Shown here: positions 1-15,779 of the stretch, one piece after another
How positions within the stretch are numbered: position 1 is the first letter of the stretch
How the letters are laid out: each line of letters starts with the position of its first letter
Assembly: GCF_009914755.1 (NCBI RefSeq)
Contig: NC_060926.1
Reading direction: 5' to 3' (one strand)
From: the human T2T-CHM13v2.0 reference genome, Homo sapiens
Length of the DNA stretch: 64,000 nucleotides
The notes under the pieces: generated by a model
Told to the model about the DNA's origin: nothing
Database searches by the model: none
What the model saw: only the letters and a program-made list of their open reading frames with translations
Translations under genes and position numbers: made by a program

Positions 1-295
1 TCCTCATAGCTTAGCTCCATTAAAAGTGGGAACATATGATGTTTGGTTTTCCATTCCTGGGTTATTTCACTTAGAATAATGGTCTCCACCTCCATCCAGG
101 TTGCTGCGAATGCTATTATTTCATTTATTTTTATGACTGAGTAGTATTCCGTGGTGTATACGTATGCCACATTTTCTTTATCCACCTGTTGACTGATGAG
201 CATTTGGGCTAATTCCATATTTTTGCAATTGTGAATTATGCTGCTATAAACATGTGTGTACAAATGTCTTTTTCATAGAATGACTTCTTTTCATA
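1..295 (-). mobile_element. L1 (L1PB-like) ORF2 end/3'UTR fragment, runs off window start
   Basis: Antisense L1 3' text (ttcacttagaataatggtctcc...gagtagtattcc...tgctgctataaacatg); ORF 236..424 ends in L1-like DICTHMFIAA. Confidence 0.8.
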
Positions 296-381
296 GGACC
301 TATTTTGAATATCAACATAAGACACCATAATGATAAGTCCAGCATGCAAGGGACTTCTGCGTTTAAAAATACATGTATGGT

Positions 382-650
382 TGGGAGGCCGAGGCAGGCA
401 GAACACTTGATCCCAGGAATTCAAGATCAGCCTGGGCCACGAGGCAAAACCCTATCTCTATAAAAAATACAAAAATTAACGACATGGTGGCATGTGCCTT
501 TCCTGCAAGCTACTTGGGAGGCTGAGGTAGGAAGAGCACCTGAGCCCAGGAGATTGAGGTGGCAGTGAGCCATAATAGCACTACTGCACTCCAGCCTGGG
601 TGACAGAGTAAGACCCTGTCACAATAAAATAAAATAAAATAAAATATAAA
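382..650 (+). mobile_element. AluJ-type SINE, 5'-truncated, (AAAAT)n tail
   Basis: tgggaggccgaggcaggc...cctgagcccaggagattgagg...gcactccagcctgggtgacagag. Confidence 0.85.
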
Positions 651-2446
651 TGTTAATTAATTAATTAGTTAAATGTGTGACTTGTTTAGAACGAGTGGCT
701 GATATAGCTTTCATGAGCACTCATGTAGATTGCCAATCCCTTTTTGCTGAACTTCCTTGACCTTAAAGCATGGTGAGGTGGGGTAAGTGGGTCTGACTCC
801 TATCTCTGACCTACACATATAGGTGGAAACAAAACAGAGGATTCCTCCCTAAATGCAGCTAGAAGCAATTAGGTAAAAATTTAATTTAATTTAATTTAAT
901 GTAGAAATTCCTTTTCTGGTTTCAACATGGTTGGTCTTTCTCTAAGGGTATTAGCTAGAAGTAGGTAACCAGCTGGTCTTCCTCTGCAAGGGCGAGGTGC
1001 TTGAGATGAAAGATGGACAGGCTTCTCCTCAGGCGTATTGCACACGAATACTTTTATAGGTGAGCTATCCTGAGCTCACCTGGTAGCTGTAGGCTCTCCT
1101 AAGCATAGTGTAGTCCACAGGAAGCTTCTCAAGAGTGTGGTCAGCAATGGTGGGTCTATGACACATTACTTTCCTGTCCTCACTCCTCTTACATTACTCT
1201 TGCTTGATAATTCCTTAAGATTTCCATTAGTTGAATGTCATTTTCTGTGATTTCTCCTAATGAGGACAGAAATTTCTTGTCCAAATTTCCTGTGCTATCT
1301 CTACAGAAATTTGAAAATAGGGGAGATTCTAAAACCTTTACCAGCCATACTTCATTTTCCAGAACATACTACATTGTTACATAGAAAGAGCTAGAAATAA
1401 AACAGATATACCATAGATAGCCATCAGTTTCTCTTTCTCTGTGTTTATCTATATGAAGGTTATAGATGGATATTTATAGAAACAGACCAAATGGTTAATG
1501 GTTGTTAACTTTGTGTAGTAGAATAATATGCTTCTTTTTTCAAAAGATCTATTTATACATTTAAATTTTCTTCCTATGATCAAGGAATGCTTTTATACTA
1601 AGTAAAAAAAAAATACAATTTTTCTTTAATTTAAACAAATAATAGAATCACGGCATGCAATTTATCTGGGGACTGTGCATCTAACAGAGGAGCTATTTTA
1701 AACTAAAGGGATACCAAGAAATCAGGAGCTTTTGAAGATTCACTTTAAAGTGTTGCTACTCATGCTTAACAAAAATGTTTCTACCTAGCAAATTAATGTA
1801 CAATGTGTATGCACACTAGAAATTTATTTTGGGACAATCATAAGAAACTCTATTTTATACTGCTCCTAAGTTTGCAAATCGCTTTGAAATCTCATTTTAT
1901 TTCATCATTCAAATGACCAGATTAAAGAAAGGTCAAGTTTTATTAACCTTGTTTGGATGTGGAAAGAAGCACAAAGCATCCCATGATAGGCACTGAGAGC
2001 AGCAGAGCCGCAACTCTGACTGCCACACAGTTGCTTTCTCTACCCAGTAGCCTTTACTTTCATGCCTTGGTAGGTTGGACAATATCAATGAAGTAGGAAA
2101 ATTATGCCAGCAACTGATGTAGGCCTCATTGCTCAGTACAGGCAACATCTCCCCTTTATTTTAGATTCATAGATCTCTTTTCAGGTTTTGAAATGTGATT
2201 TTCATGGCAGTAATGTCATGCATAGTCCTCTTTTCCTAAATAGGAAGTTTATAACTTCATTATGGATATCTTGCAAATTTTCTGTTTCCTTGAGGAAAAA
2301 AATATTTAACTCAGAGAACCTGATGATCTTTTTTGGATGACCATCGTGTAAGTGGAGAGTAGAATCATTTTTGGCCATGAGAAGTTGAGAACTCAATTAA
2401 GAATAATTAGGACTCAAACAAAAGTGAAAGCTGATTTAAAATGATT

Positions 2447-3194
2447 TATTTTATTTTATTTTATTATTATTATACTTTAAGTTTTAGGGTACATGTGCAC
2501 AACGTGCAGGTTTGTTATATATGTATACATGTGCCATGTTGGTGTGCTGCACCCATTAACTCGTCATTTAACATTAGGTATATCTCCTAATGCTATCCCT
2601 CCCCCCTTCCCCCACCCCACAACAATCCCCAGTGTGTGATGTTCCCCTTCCTGTGTCCATGTGTTCTCATTGTTCAATTCCCACCTATGAGTGAGAACAT
2701 GCGGTGTTTGGTTTTTTGTCCTTGCGATAGTTTGCTGAGAATGATGGTTTCCAGCTTCATCCATGTCCCTACAAAGGACATGAACTTATCCTTTTTTATA
2801 GATGCATAGTATTCCATGGTGTACATGTGCCACATTTTCTTAATCCAGTCTATCATTGTTGGACATTTGGGTTGGTTCCAAGTCTTTACTATTGTGAATG
2901 GTGCCACAATAAACATACGTGGGCATGTGTCTTTATAGCAGCATGTTTTATAGTCCTTTGGGTATATACCCAGTAATGGGATGGCTGGGTCAAATGCTAT
3001 TTCTAGTTCTAGATCCCTGAGGAATCGCCACACTGACTTCCACAATGATTGAACTAGTTTACAGTCCCACCAACTGTGTAAAAATTTTCTTATTTCTCCA
3101 CATCCTCTCCAGCACCTGTTGTTTCCTGACTTTTTAATGATCGCCATTCTAACTGGTGTGAGATGGTATCTCATTGTGGTTTTGATTTGCATTT
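2447..3194 (-). mobile_element. Young 5'-truncated L1PA (L1PA3/4-like) with open ORF2 C-terminus
   Basis: ORF 2674..3192 is L1 ORF2p C-terminus ([16 protein letters not shown]...RCWRGCGE...HRMFSLIGGN); full 3'UTR; 13-bp TSD ATTTAAAATGATT at 2434-2446 and 3195-3207. Confidence 0.97.
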
Positions 3195-3689
3195 ATTTAA
3201 AATGATTATACCGACAAGCTGAAAACTCAGGCAAGACTAACTTTCGTATTGCTGGTATAATTTAAATAGGCGAAATATTTTTAAAGTCTGTTTTGTAGCA
3301 ACAATACCAAGAAAAACTACTTTAACAAATCATGCTACATATAGGCAGCATGCTACACAGAAAGAATACATGTATATTTACTTCATAGAAGTTCTGCTCA
3401 ATTATCTAGATAAGAGGAAAACATAATAAATTTAAAAAACTACTAATGCTTTTTAAAAAATTTAGCCCTATAATTCCAAAGCAGTTTAAAAGATGCATTA
3501 ACATGTAACCATCTTAACTTTGGAAATTTCATGTTTTCATTTTCGTGATCTTGTAACAGTAGATTTGATGATGAATGAGAAATTGTCAATAGACATAGCA
3601 AGTCTAAGGGAAAGATTGTAAATATTCTATACATTGCAAAATAACTATCTTTAGTTATTGTAAACATAAGTGGGTATGGGAGATGGTGC

Positions 3690-4249
3690 CCTAAGATGAA
3701 TTCCGCCAATTTGTTTCTTTTCATATAAACATGCTGCTTCTCATATAAAAAGTAGAAACTAATTTCCCTAGCCTTGAATCAGTGGCCTAAGTGGCTGGCT
3801 TGGTCAACAGAGTGTAGTGAACATTCTGGGACTCTTGAGCCTTGCTCATAAGAAACTTTGTAACATTCTCTGGGGAATCTTGCAGTGCTCATTTGGAGAG
3901 CTCCATCTGAGAACCCAGATAGCACGCTGGGAGTTGCCTACATAACTCACAGAGGCCACGTGCAAGTGCTCCAGTGGTCAGCTGCAGCTGAGCTCTCAGC
4001 ATTCCAGCTGAGCTCTCAGCCTTCAGCCACCATCATGTGAGTCAGCCATTTAACACGATCAGCTCATTTGGGGAGCAGATGACTCCAGCTCCTCACATCT
4101 CACTACCACTGCATAGACAAATTCTGAGTGAGAACTACCCAAATGAACACAATTAACCCAGAAAACAATGAAAGAGAGAGTAATCAATGGTTGCTTTAAG
4201 CCACCATGTTTTGGGATTCATTTATTACATATCAATAGATAACTAAAAG
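3690..4249 (+). mobile_element. MLT1-type (ERVL-MaLR) solo LTR
   Basis: Typical MLT1 3' end tggttgctttaagccaccatgttttggg...tcaatagataactaaaa; boundaries approximate. Confidence 0.65.
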
Positions 4250-4439
4250 AGTAAGGTATGAATATTAAGTAAATAATAAATTGGAAATAAGCAAAATTCT
4301 TCAGAATGAATCAGAAAGTGTACCTGGCTTTGGCTTACGACACAAAGTGTTTAATGATTTGGGGATCAGTAACATACTCTCTGGTCCTAGTTCTTCATTT
4401 TTAAAGTGAAAAATCTGGGATGTTAAAAAAGACAGACAG

Positions 4440-4727
<288 letters not shown>

Positions 4728-7700
4728 CACAGTTCAAACACATGTGTGGCCTTCTGATGAGTAGATTTCTACTCATTCTGCAGTGAAGGTCAATGTCAAT
4801 AAGTGTTCACTGACTTTGGACAAAAAGTGTAGACTAGATTATCAAACACCTTGTTCCTGAGGACAGAAATGATAATCAGGAACCAACATAGGTGGACACT
4901 GGGCATAAACTACCAAAATCAACTCATTTAACTGAGTAACTGAGTATCTTTCAAGGCTATTAGGCTGGTATACCAGAGCATGTGATAGACATTGTTCATC
5001 TGTGACATTGACTTCCTTCAGAACCTTCTGGATTATAGTATAACTTTTGTATTACTACTTAAAATCTTTCCACTGGGCTCTTCTCAATGAACAATTTCTT
5101 GAAAGTATTTTTAATCCTGCACAAATTCTATACAAATCTTAGGCTCTCCTCTCATGCTATTGGTTTCATCACTTTCCAGCCCTCCTCAGAAAGCCTCTCC
5201 TGTCTGTCCTTTCACTAGATTTTGGGCCTACATTTCCAAAAGTAAGAGCTATTCTAGCTCTTAACAATTGTTTATATCACTACCATTCTATTGAAATTGC
5301 ATGTCCAAAGTTGTCCACAATATTTTAGTTCCTAAATCTAATTAACCTTTTATCTGTTTTCTTCTCTACTTTATCTCTATAGCATGGAACCAGGCTGACA
5401 GTTTTCTCATTCCCCATTCTCTCCTTTATCGACTTCCATGGCACTTTCGGCTCTCTTTGTATTGCTCCTACTGCTTCTACTCTATTATCTGCTGTGTCTC
5501 CTATTGTTCTCTTAAACATAATCATGTTTACTTGGTCCCTTTCATTCCCTTTTATTCTCTTTTTCTCAATGTGATTTCTGTCCAGTTATTTACTCATTAT
5601 TTTCTCTATAAGAATGGTATGGTAACTGATATCAAATTTTTCCTTTGCTAATTTTTAGGCACTAAATATGTCCTGAAATTTCATTTTAATCCCAAGGGTC
5701 CAGAACCTGATTAGATGGTCTTAAAATGGGATTATAGTCAAAAGACTTGGGGATATCTAAATCATTTTCTATTTCAGCCATCCTTCCTCCCTGTGATTTC
5801 ATGGAGGAAAGGTATATTTACACAAGAATAATGGCAAGTGAGAAACAAGGCATCACTCAATTATTATGATCTAGGCTTGTACCCTCAGATAATGTAGGGC
5901 TTTCTGGTAAGCAGGGCTTGGAGTTGATGTCCAAAAATGACTAAAACTTAACATTGATCAGTACCTTCTTTAAACAATTTGTTCTTTTCATTACAAAGAG
6001 AAAGAATAAGATAACTGTATCTACCCCAAGGAGGCAGACCCTGGCTCATTTTGCTTATTCTATTGCATGAATGAAAAGAAATCCCAGAGAATTTGAGGAA
6101 GAAAGGAAAACAGAGTGAGGCATGTCTATGTTTATGAACATCTGATGTAGTATAACGCAATTTCTCAATAACTAGGCAAAATCATTTTTCTGGAATCTGA
6201 TTTAATCAGACTAGTATTCCCCTTACCCAGAGTGGGAATATGTGGAGAGTGGACAAGGGCAAAAGGTAAGACCTCCTGCTTCTAGGTCCTACTTCTCTTG
6301 GCAGGGAATACTCATGGCCCCTCGTCTCATTGTCACTGTAATTTTCAGTTTATGCATTGATCTCCACTCTGTACTCTGCTGTTTGCTTGCTTAATATTCT
6401 AGGACTGAAGCCCAGCTCATTCATCTGGTGGCCTAGTTCTTGCCAATTTCATCAATAAAATATTCTGAATCTTACCTTCAGTATTTCCATCCACTCTGTG
6501 GAGTCATGCCTTGATATTCCCAGATTTCAATATTGCTCAAGCTGACCATACATAGTATATATACTACCTGCAATTTCTTGCTCTTTTAACCTTTCTGTAG
6601 AATCAGAATATAAGCTTGCATAAAAATGTCAGTTTGGCATATTCTTTGGCCCTGTGCCTTCAAATACCGGTCTGTCTTTGCTGTGGATAATTCCATTTCT
6701 GAGGTGGGTTTTCAATTTGCCCTGGGGAGTGGGTCTCTGCTTCACCTCAGTAGCCATCTGTCATTGGATGCTGCACATCCAATCCTGTGTTTTTTATGAT
6801 AAACTCAACATGAGTCAGTACTGTTCTGAAGACTCCCAGAAAAGGGTTTCCACTTTAAACTGCATCAATATGCTATATATGTAGTATTTTGAGATTTGGA
6901 TTATTTCCCTCTCACTCCCAGTAATTTCTGCTTACAACATGACCGTCCATCTTTTAGACCATTAAATAATGAAGAATCTATTGTTTCAAGAAAGAGTTAT
7001 TACAACTGAATACAGGAGGCAAAAAGAACACAATGAATGGTTATTGAAATGTGTGAGAGGCAAAGACTTAGACTTCTCACACTTAGGCCTTAGGCTTTAA
7101 AGTTCACTAGAAATAATTCATTTTGAAGAACTATTTATTCAAAGGCTTTTATTTTTCTATTGATCTTGAGAAATGTTATGATCCCTTAGAGGAGACAAGG
7201 ATGCCAGAAGATCCAGGCATTTTAGAAAATCTTGTAAGAGCAGAAGTTTTGGACATACTTCCCAGCAGAATCCAGGAGAATATAATTGCTATTTCCCCAT
7301 ACCCCATTGTGATATGAGGATATTAGTAGTAGAAGTGGTTATATGCATTGTCATGGCACATACAGTTTCTGTGAAACTGTAATTATTATATCAGAGAGAG
7401 CTTCCCATCAAAGCACAGTAATGGATGAAAACCCTGCAAAATTATAGAGGAAGAGGAAAAAAATTTGAAAATAATCTGGGGTTCACTAGTTGATCTTTCA
7501 ATAACATTTGTTGTCTGCCTACTCTGTACAGGTCTGAACTTCGCTTCTTGTAAGTTCATTGTTTTACACTTTTATTCCTCTAAGTATCCATTTTATTTAT
7601 ACTTCAACTTGCATATGACTTTGAAGCCCATCACAAAATGACTAAAAAAGGGGGCTCAATGTGGCAGTCTGGGCAGTAGATGAATCACTCTGTCTTCTGC

Positions 7701-9540
7701 TACTCCAGGACTCATATGCAGCTTAAATCTTCAGTTGTTAGAAATCTTAGGTAATTTGAAGAGTATATACCATCTTTGTTGAGAACACAGCTTCAAACAC
7801 CAAGGAGATTTAGATTTAAATAGCCAAAGTTAACAGAATTCAAGAAACAGAAATGGAAACTATTTTAGCTATGTTAAGCATAAAGGGATTTATTACTGGG
7901 AATTGGGCCTTTAAACAATCCCTGGAAGAGTTGAAGGGCTTGGCTCTAGACAGGGTCCAGAGGAAAGCTTCTCAGAAGAGTAACTCTGAACTGTGTCTCC
8001 AGAAGAGTTGTAACCTCCTTTCCATCAGAAAGATGTGAAATCTGGACCTATTACTAGAACTGCTGAGTTCAGGATCACATCACTGTAGAAGAGAAAGAGA
8101 GATTTGGGAAGCTGCTGCTGCCACCACACCATTGCCTCACCAAACTCACAGAGCTAGTACCTAGATACAACCATGCTTTTAAGCAGCAACAGAAATATGT
8201 GTAAGAAGATGGCCCTGTTCTTATTTAGGTTTTAAAAATCTGATTCAAGTACCTCTATATGATGAAATAATTTTGCACTTAGGACCCTGATTGTAAGGAC
8301 ATCTGGGAACTGTAGATTTCGGATGTCTAGACCCTACAGTACAGATGGATCACCAGAAAGAGGCAAAAATGCGTTATCTAGCTCCACATATACTTGTCAT
8401 CATAATAGATATGCATTTAATAATTAGAGTAGTTATTATTTTGAGACAATCAAAATCATGTAGTAATATTTTGTGCTTAAATAGTACCTGTTAATTGATA
8501 TTGTATGTACCTATAATGTTTAATATTATGTATTTTAATATTCATACTATTTATATTTTTAGTAAATCTACATATTTTTAATGTGGCCTATTAGAATAAC
8601 CATATTGAACTCTAATTTTAGAATTTGTAATTAAGCTATAAATTTACAAATGGAATTTTGTTTAATATTACTAAATGTATTTAGAGTGTTGGATCACCTA
8701 AAAGAATTTTGCATTCACTGTATTCATAAAGTTATTTATTGCATTTATAAGAATTATATAATAATATGGTAGATTTTCTATCTAATCAGACAATGAAATT
8801 TATGGAGAAAATCAAACATATAGAATGTATAATTATGTTTTGAAATGTGAAAGTAATTAAACTGTTTAAATAGGACAAAACATTGTTCATATTATGTACA
8901 AGCTGACTGCAATACTTGAAAATATAATAAGATTTATAATCTAAGTTTAAAAGATTAAGAAAGCACAAGGGATTTAAATTTGAACTTTCATAATTTGCAT
9001 GCTAAATCTTAAAAATGAAATAAAAGCCCAAACATATAAAGAAGTATTAATACACATTTTTTACAAACTCTCCCAAAAATTAAAGAAGAAAACAATTCTC
9101 AACTAATCCTTTGAGACCATTATTGCCTCAATATCAGAAGCAAAGGTACACAGTAAAAGAAAACTATAGACCAACATAGATGCAAAAATCCTCGCCAAAA
9201 TACTGGAAAAATGAGTCTAGTAACATATAAAAAAGATTATCCATCATCAACCAGTGGGATTATTCCCAGAAATGCAAAGTTGGCTTAATATCTGAAATCA
9301 ATCAATGTAACCCACCATATCAATAGTTAAAAAGCAAAAATCACAACATCATTGCAATAAAAGCAGAAAAAACCACTTAATCAAATCAAATGCTCTGTCA
9401 TTATAAGAACCATCAACAAACTATGATTGGGAAAAACTTTTTAAACTTCACAAGGGGCATAGACAAAAACTCCAGGGTTAAGCCTCTAAAATGAGGAACA
9501 AGACAAGGATAACTGCTCTTTCCATTGTTATTTAACATCA

Positions 9541-10300
<760 letters not shown>

Positions 10301-11211
10301 ATTAAAATAATAAGAAATTCACCAAAAAGTATTAAAATAATAAACGAGGTAACAATATCTCAGGATGGAAAATCAATATAGAGAAAACAATTGTATTTCT
10401 ATATATTAACAATGAACAATCTAAACTAAAAATGAAATTAAGAAAAAAACTGATTTATAATATAATTAAAAAGAAAGAATTTGGGAATTAATTTAACAAG
10501 ACAAGTGCAATATTTGAATTCTGAATGCTACAATACGTTATTGAAATAAATTAAAGAAGACATAAACAAATGTTAAGATATCTCATGTTCATGGAACAGA
10601 TAACATCCCAAACTTATCTGCAGATTCAAATCAAATCCTTTAAAAATTCCCAGCTGCCCTATTTTTTTTTTTTTCAGAAATTGACGAACCAATCCTAAAA
10701 TTTATGTGGAAATGCAGGGGATCTAGAATAGCAAAATCAGTCTTGAAAAAGGAAACATGAATTTGGAAGACTCACGTTTCTGGATTTAAAAACATACTGC
10801 AAGCTACAGTAATCAAGACAGTGTAGTACTGGTATAAAAATAGACATGTAGATCTATGGATTACAGTAGAGACCCGGGAAGTAAAACTGCACATTAGTGA
10901 CCAATTGATTTTCCATGAAAGTGTCGAGAAAATTCAGTACAAAAGATTTTTTCAACAAATGTTACTAGAAACAATGCATATCCACATGCCAAAGAAAGAA
11001 TTTGTACTCTTTGTTTGCACTGTACAAAAATTAAGTCAAAATGGATTATAGATATATATGGAATAGCTAAAATTATAAAGTTATTAGACAAAAACATTCG
11101 TATAAATCTTTGTGACCTTGGATTGAGCAATAATGTCTTAGAGACAACATTAAAAGCACAAGTGACAAGACCAAAAAAAAACCAGAATTTTTTTCAAAAT
11201 TAAAAACTTTT

Positions 11212-11616
<405 letters not shown>

Positions 11617-13329
11617 TTATATACAGAATATATAAAAACATTTACACCTCAATAATATAAATTTGAATAATGTAATTTTTAAATGGACAGAAGATCTGAA
11701 TAAATGTATTTTTAAAGAAGATATACAAATGGCAAATAAGCACACATGAAAAGATGCTTATCATCATCCATTAGGTAAATGCAAATGAAAACCAAAAGGA
11801 GATACCAAATCACACCTATTAGGATGGCTATAATCAAAAATAAAAATAATAACATGTTGGCAAGGATGCGGATAAATTGAAATCCTCATACATTGCTGAT
11901 GGGAATGTAAAATGATGCAGTCACTTTGGAAAACAGTTTGTCATCTCCTTAAAATAATAAGCAGAGTTACCACGTGACCAGGCAATTCCACTCTTAGGTG
12001 TATACTCAAGAGGAATTATAACACATTCGATACACAGGTGTTCACAGCAGCATTATTCATAATTAATTGCCTAAAGTGGAAATAACATATCTATTAATTG
12101 ATAAATGGATTAAAAATGTGGTATATCCAGAAAAAGTAATATTATTTAGTAATTTTTTAAAAAATGAAGTACCGATACATGATACAGTATCATGGATACT
12201 GTGGATCAACCTTGAAAATATTCGAAGTGAAAGAGGGCAGTTACAAAAGACTACATATATTATTATTCCATTTATATGACATGTCCAAAATTGGCAACTA
12301 TATAGAGATAGAAACTAGACTAGTGGTTTACTATGGCTAAGAAGGGGAGGGGCGATTAATGGTTTGAGGGAGGAGGGAATAAGAAGAATGACAAATGACT
12401 GCTAATGGGTACAGAATGTCTTTTGGGGTAATGAAAATGTTCTAAAAATAGATAGTGGTGATAGTTGCTCAACTATGAACATATTAAAAAGTATTGAATT
12501 GTATACTTTAAATGGGAAAAATGATTCTAAACAAATAATATTCTAAAAAGTATTTTCTGTTATCCAAAGTTTGAGGCTACCAAAAAAATTTAGCAATTGT
12601 TTCTGTTTATAAGCTTTAGAATTTTTTTCTTTTTAGACTTGTCATATTTTTCTTAATATGAATATTCTAACTTTTTAAATTAGTTTTTGTCAGTGTAAAA
12701 GAGTCTGAAAGTATTCTACATGCAATTAAAATGTAGTTTGTATCTTAAACACAATGGATCTTCAGAGAATAGATACTTTACAAGTGCAATTATTTTCCTC
12801 AAAATTGTAAAGTTGAAAACTGGAAAGTATAAACTCAATACAGACAAAATACTTTCAATGGTGTTCTTTGACAAATTTTTCACTCACTGGCATATAACTA
12901 TGTTCTACTTCTATTTTTGAATGAGCCAATATTATTTTTTTTTGCAGAATATCTTCCATTTTGGGGATTTATTAATTTATTCATATTTACCTTTGCATCT
13001 GTTGATATTAACTCCATTCTTATTCCTAATTTTGAATACTTTTTTATTTTCTCTCTTTTTTTGTCTAGCCCTACCGCCTGTGTACATATATATAATTTTA
13101 TATATGTATTTATTTATCTATAACTACCCTTTGAACTATACATAGAAGGAGATATAATTATATTAAAATGGTTCAAGTTCTACATGACTTTAAAATAAAA
13201 AAATATTAAACTTAACTTTACTGGAGTTTAACAGCAACAAAAGAAGAAATAAGTAAAACTGTAGGAACTGCTGAACATCAGAAAATGCTTTCTTTACTTT
13301 GAGAAATATTTGTTCCTAAAAAATTCCCC

Positions 13330-13660
13330 TAGGCCATATATAGAAAACTGATGGCTTTGGGACCTAACACAGCATACAGATACTTTTTTGTTGCTGCTTT
13401 TTGGCCTGCCTAGTGTAGGCCTACACAGTGTTCAAAATTTGAATTAGTTGTCAACATTTTAAAATAAGGAGTTTTCTCATACAAATCTGGATCCAACGTG
13501 TACCATAATTGGAAGCTCCGGCAATGCCATCCCACAGTCCCACATGGCAGGGGCCTGCAGGAGCTAAGGAGCAGCAGGTTCTTTACATGGAGACCGTACT
13601 CTCCCTTTCAGCCCAGCTCACAACGTCTCTCTGTTTCCCCAGCACGGCCCTGGGTGTCAG
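13330..13660. mobile_element. MER102-like hAT-Charlie DNA transposon remnant
   Basis: aaatttgaattagttgtcaacattttaaaataaggag...aaatctggat resembles MER102 core; boundaries approximate. Confidence 0.5.
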
Positions 13661-15779
13661 TTACTGGTTGCCATCTATCATCTTACACATTTCTGCCTTA
13701 TTGATTCAATTACTTCTAGGCTTTTGATTTTGTATTCTCAACTCTTGGCTATTCATATTACTGTATTAGTTGTCAATGACATTGACCCATCTCGTTCTTA
13801 GTATTTGTTCCTGCTGCTGTCATCTTCTGCATCTCCTGTCATCTAAAGCCACCAAATACCTATTATTTCTCTATCCCTTCCAGTTCTCTGCTCTGTACAG
13901 CGTAATGTTACATCAGATAATGTTAACCATTTCTCAGTGTCTTGTTAACTCACTCCCTTTGGTGTCCTGCAGTTAACCTAGCACACCCATGTCCACTAAT
14001 TCTTCTCTTACTGAAGTGAAGATAGGGTATCTTCCACTAGAACACCCCACACTAAATCATGGTACTCAGGTAGTCCAAACAGTACTTAAACTGCATATCA
14101 TCGCTATCTCTTGTCTTAGAAAATTACTACTCTCCTTTTGTTTCGTCTAAGCAATGTCTCTTTTAGGAATTATGTTCCTATCTGCATTTGTATATCATGC
14201 AATTATTAACTTTATATATAAATTTCAAGGTGCATTTGAATACACGTAACAGAAAACCCGCTTCCAATTTCTTTGAAGAATAAAGAACTGTATTGGCTTA
14301 TATAAAAGTACAGGGTAGGGCACATTGATTCAGTGGCCACAGTTCTATTTTTGTTGTTTTTTAGTTTCCTTAGACACATGAATGAACACAGTCATGCTGT
14401 CAGGAAGAGGAAAAGGAAGACTGATAAATAGTAAGTATTCAGCAATATTCACCACAATCAAATGGTTCAGCCACCACATGTACACGTATATCTTTCCTCC
14501 TATATGTAGATACCACATCCTCTTGGACAAGAATATACCTGAAAGAGAAATGAGATCCTTGGTTAGCCAAATTGGCAGTACTTAGTTCCACTGGTAGGAT
14601 GGATCTCTGTCTATTTTCTTTCATGACCGCATTGAAAATGGACATGGAAGAGTGTGTCCTTTCTAGAGATGGTGTGACGTTTGTAGTCCAGTCCCAGTAG
14701 GTGCAAATCTGAGGGACTGGAGATGTCCTGTGTTTGAGCAGTTAAAGACTGTTTTGAGCCAGGCCTGGAATATCTTTGGCAGTACAGCTCCCTTAAAAAG
14801 TTAGTAGGCTTTGATCTTTTGCATGCAAAAAATTAGCAAGTATGGTCTCCACAGTAGTTTATCTGGTCAAAGTCTGATTCTGATCATTTCATTTTCTTCG
14901 CAACAAGCTTCTGTTTGCTGTCCATTCCTTTGGACCTTGATTGGCACCTTTATCTTAACCGCTGCCTCGGAGCAATTAAAAAAAAACCCTTAGGTACAAG
15001 GACACCATAACTTTCATAATTACCCCCAGATTAAATTCTATCTGCATATTCTGAATGGCATGGCTAACTACTTCATCGGTTGGGAATGTTTAGCAGAATT
15101 TTCTTGAGAGAGGTCTGAAGAGTAGGCTCACGTTGTATACTAATCTTGTCAACCTTCCAGGTCTCCTATTATCCTGAATTGTTAACAAAAACTTCACCTT
15201 GGGGATAAGACTTGGCATTCCTTTCCCTATCAAACTCCACATTAGTGTATTTGAAATAATTTGCTTTTCCGAGCAGAGGCAGAAAAGAATGATATTTTCT
15301 TCCATACCTTCTCTTATTTGCAGAACGTTCAATTTAAGCCAATCCAGTATCTATACTGTAGACCTCAGTGAAGGCTGGAAGACTAATCCAACACAATCTG
15401 ACATCCTGATTCTTTCCAATCACCTTTATGTTCCACCCTCTGTGAGTACATAATCATTTCCTAAGGCAGAAGAAGTGTTGTTATAAATTACTTTTCTATA
15501 ACTGCATAACAAAGACCATCAACTTCCTAGTTTAAGAGGAAGGTATCCTTTTCACTGACCTCTTTTACCTTGATTCAGCACCATACACTTGCCATCATGT
15601 TTTCTACCCACTCAGAGCACAATAGCTGCAAGTAACAGAAAACCAGGTCAGAGTATCTTAAACAATAAGAAAAAAAAATGAATCTCATAAACTGAAGTCA
15701 GAGCTAGGGTGGGCTTCACAAAGCTACCATGATATCCTTCCTAGACTGATGCAATTCCCTGATACCTTGTCTGTGTACA

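Noticed and set aside
14590-15450. Unassigned segment; one minus frame contains YWIGL, reminiscent of C-type lectins
   Set aside because: Surrounded by stops with no other lectin motifs; a pseudogene cannot be supported without a tBLASTx/Dfam search
15574-15583. TTCAGCACCA RE1 left half-site
   Set aside because: No GGACAG right half; expected by chance
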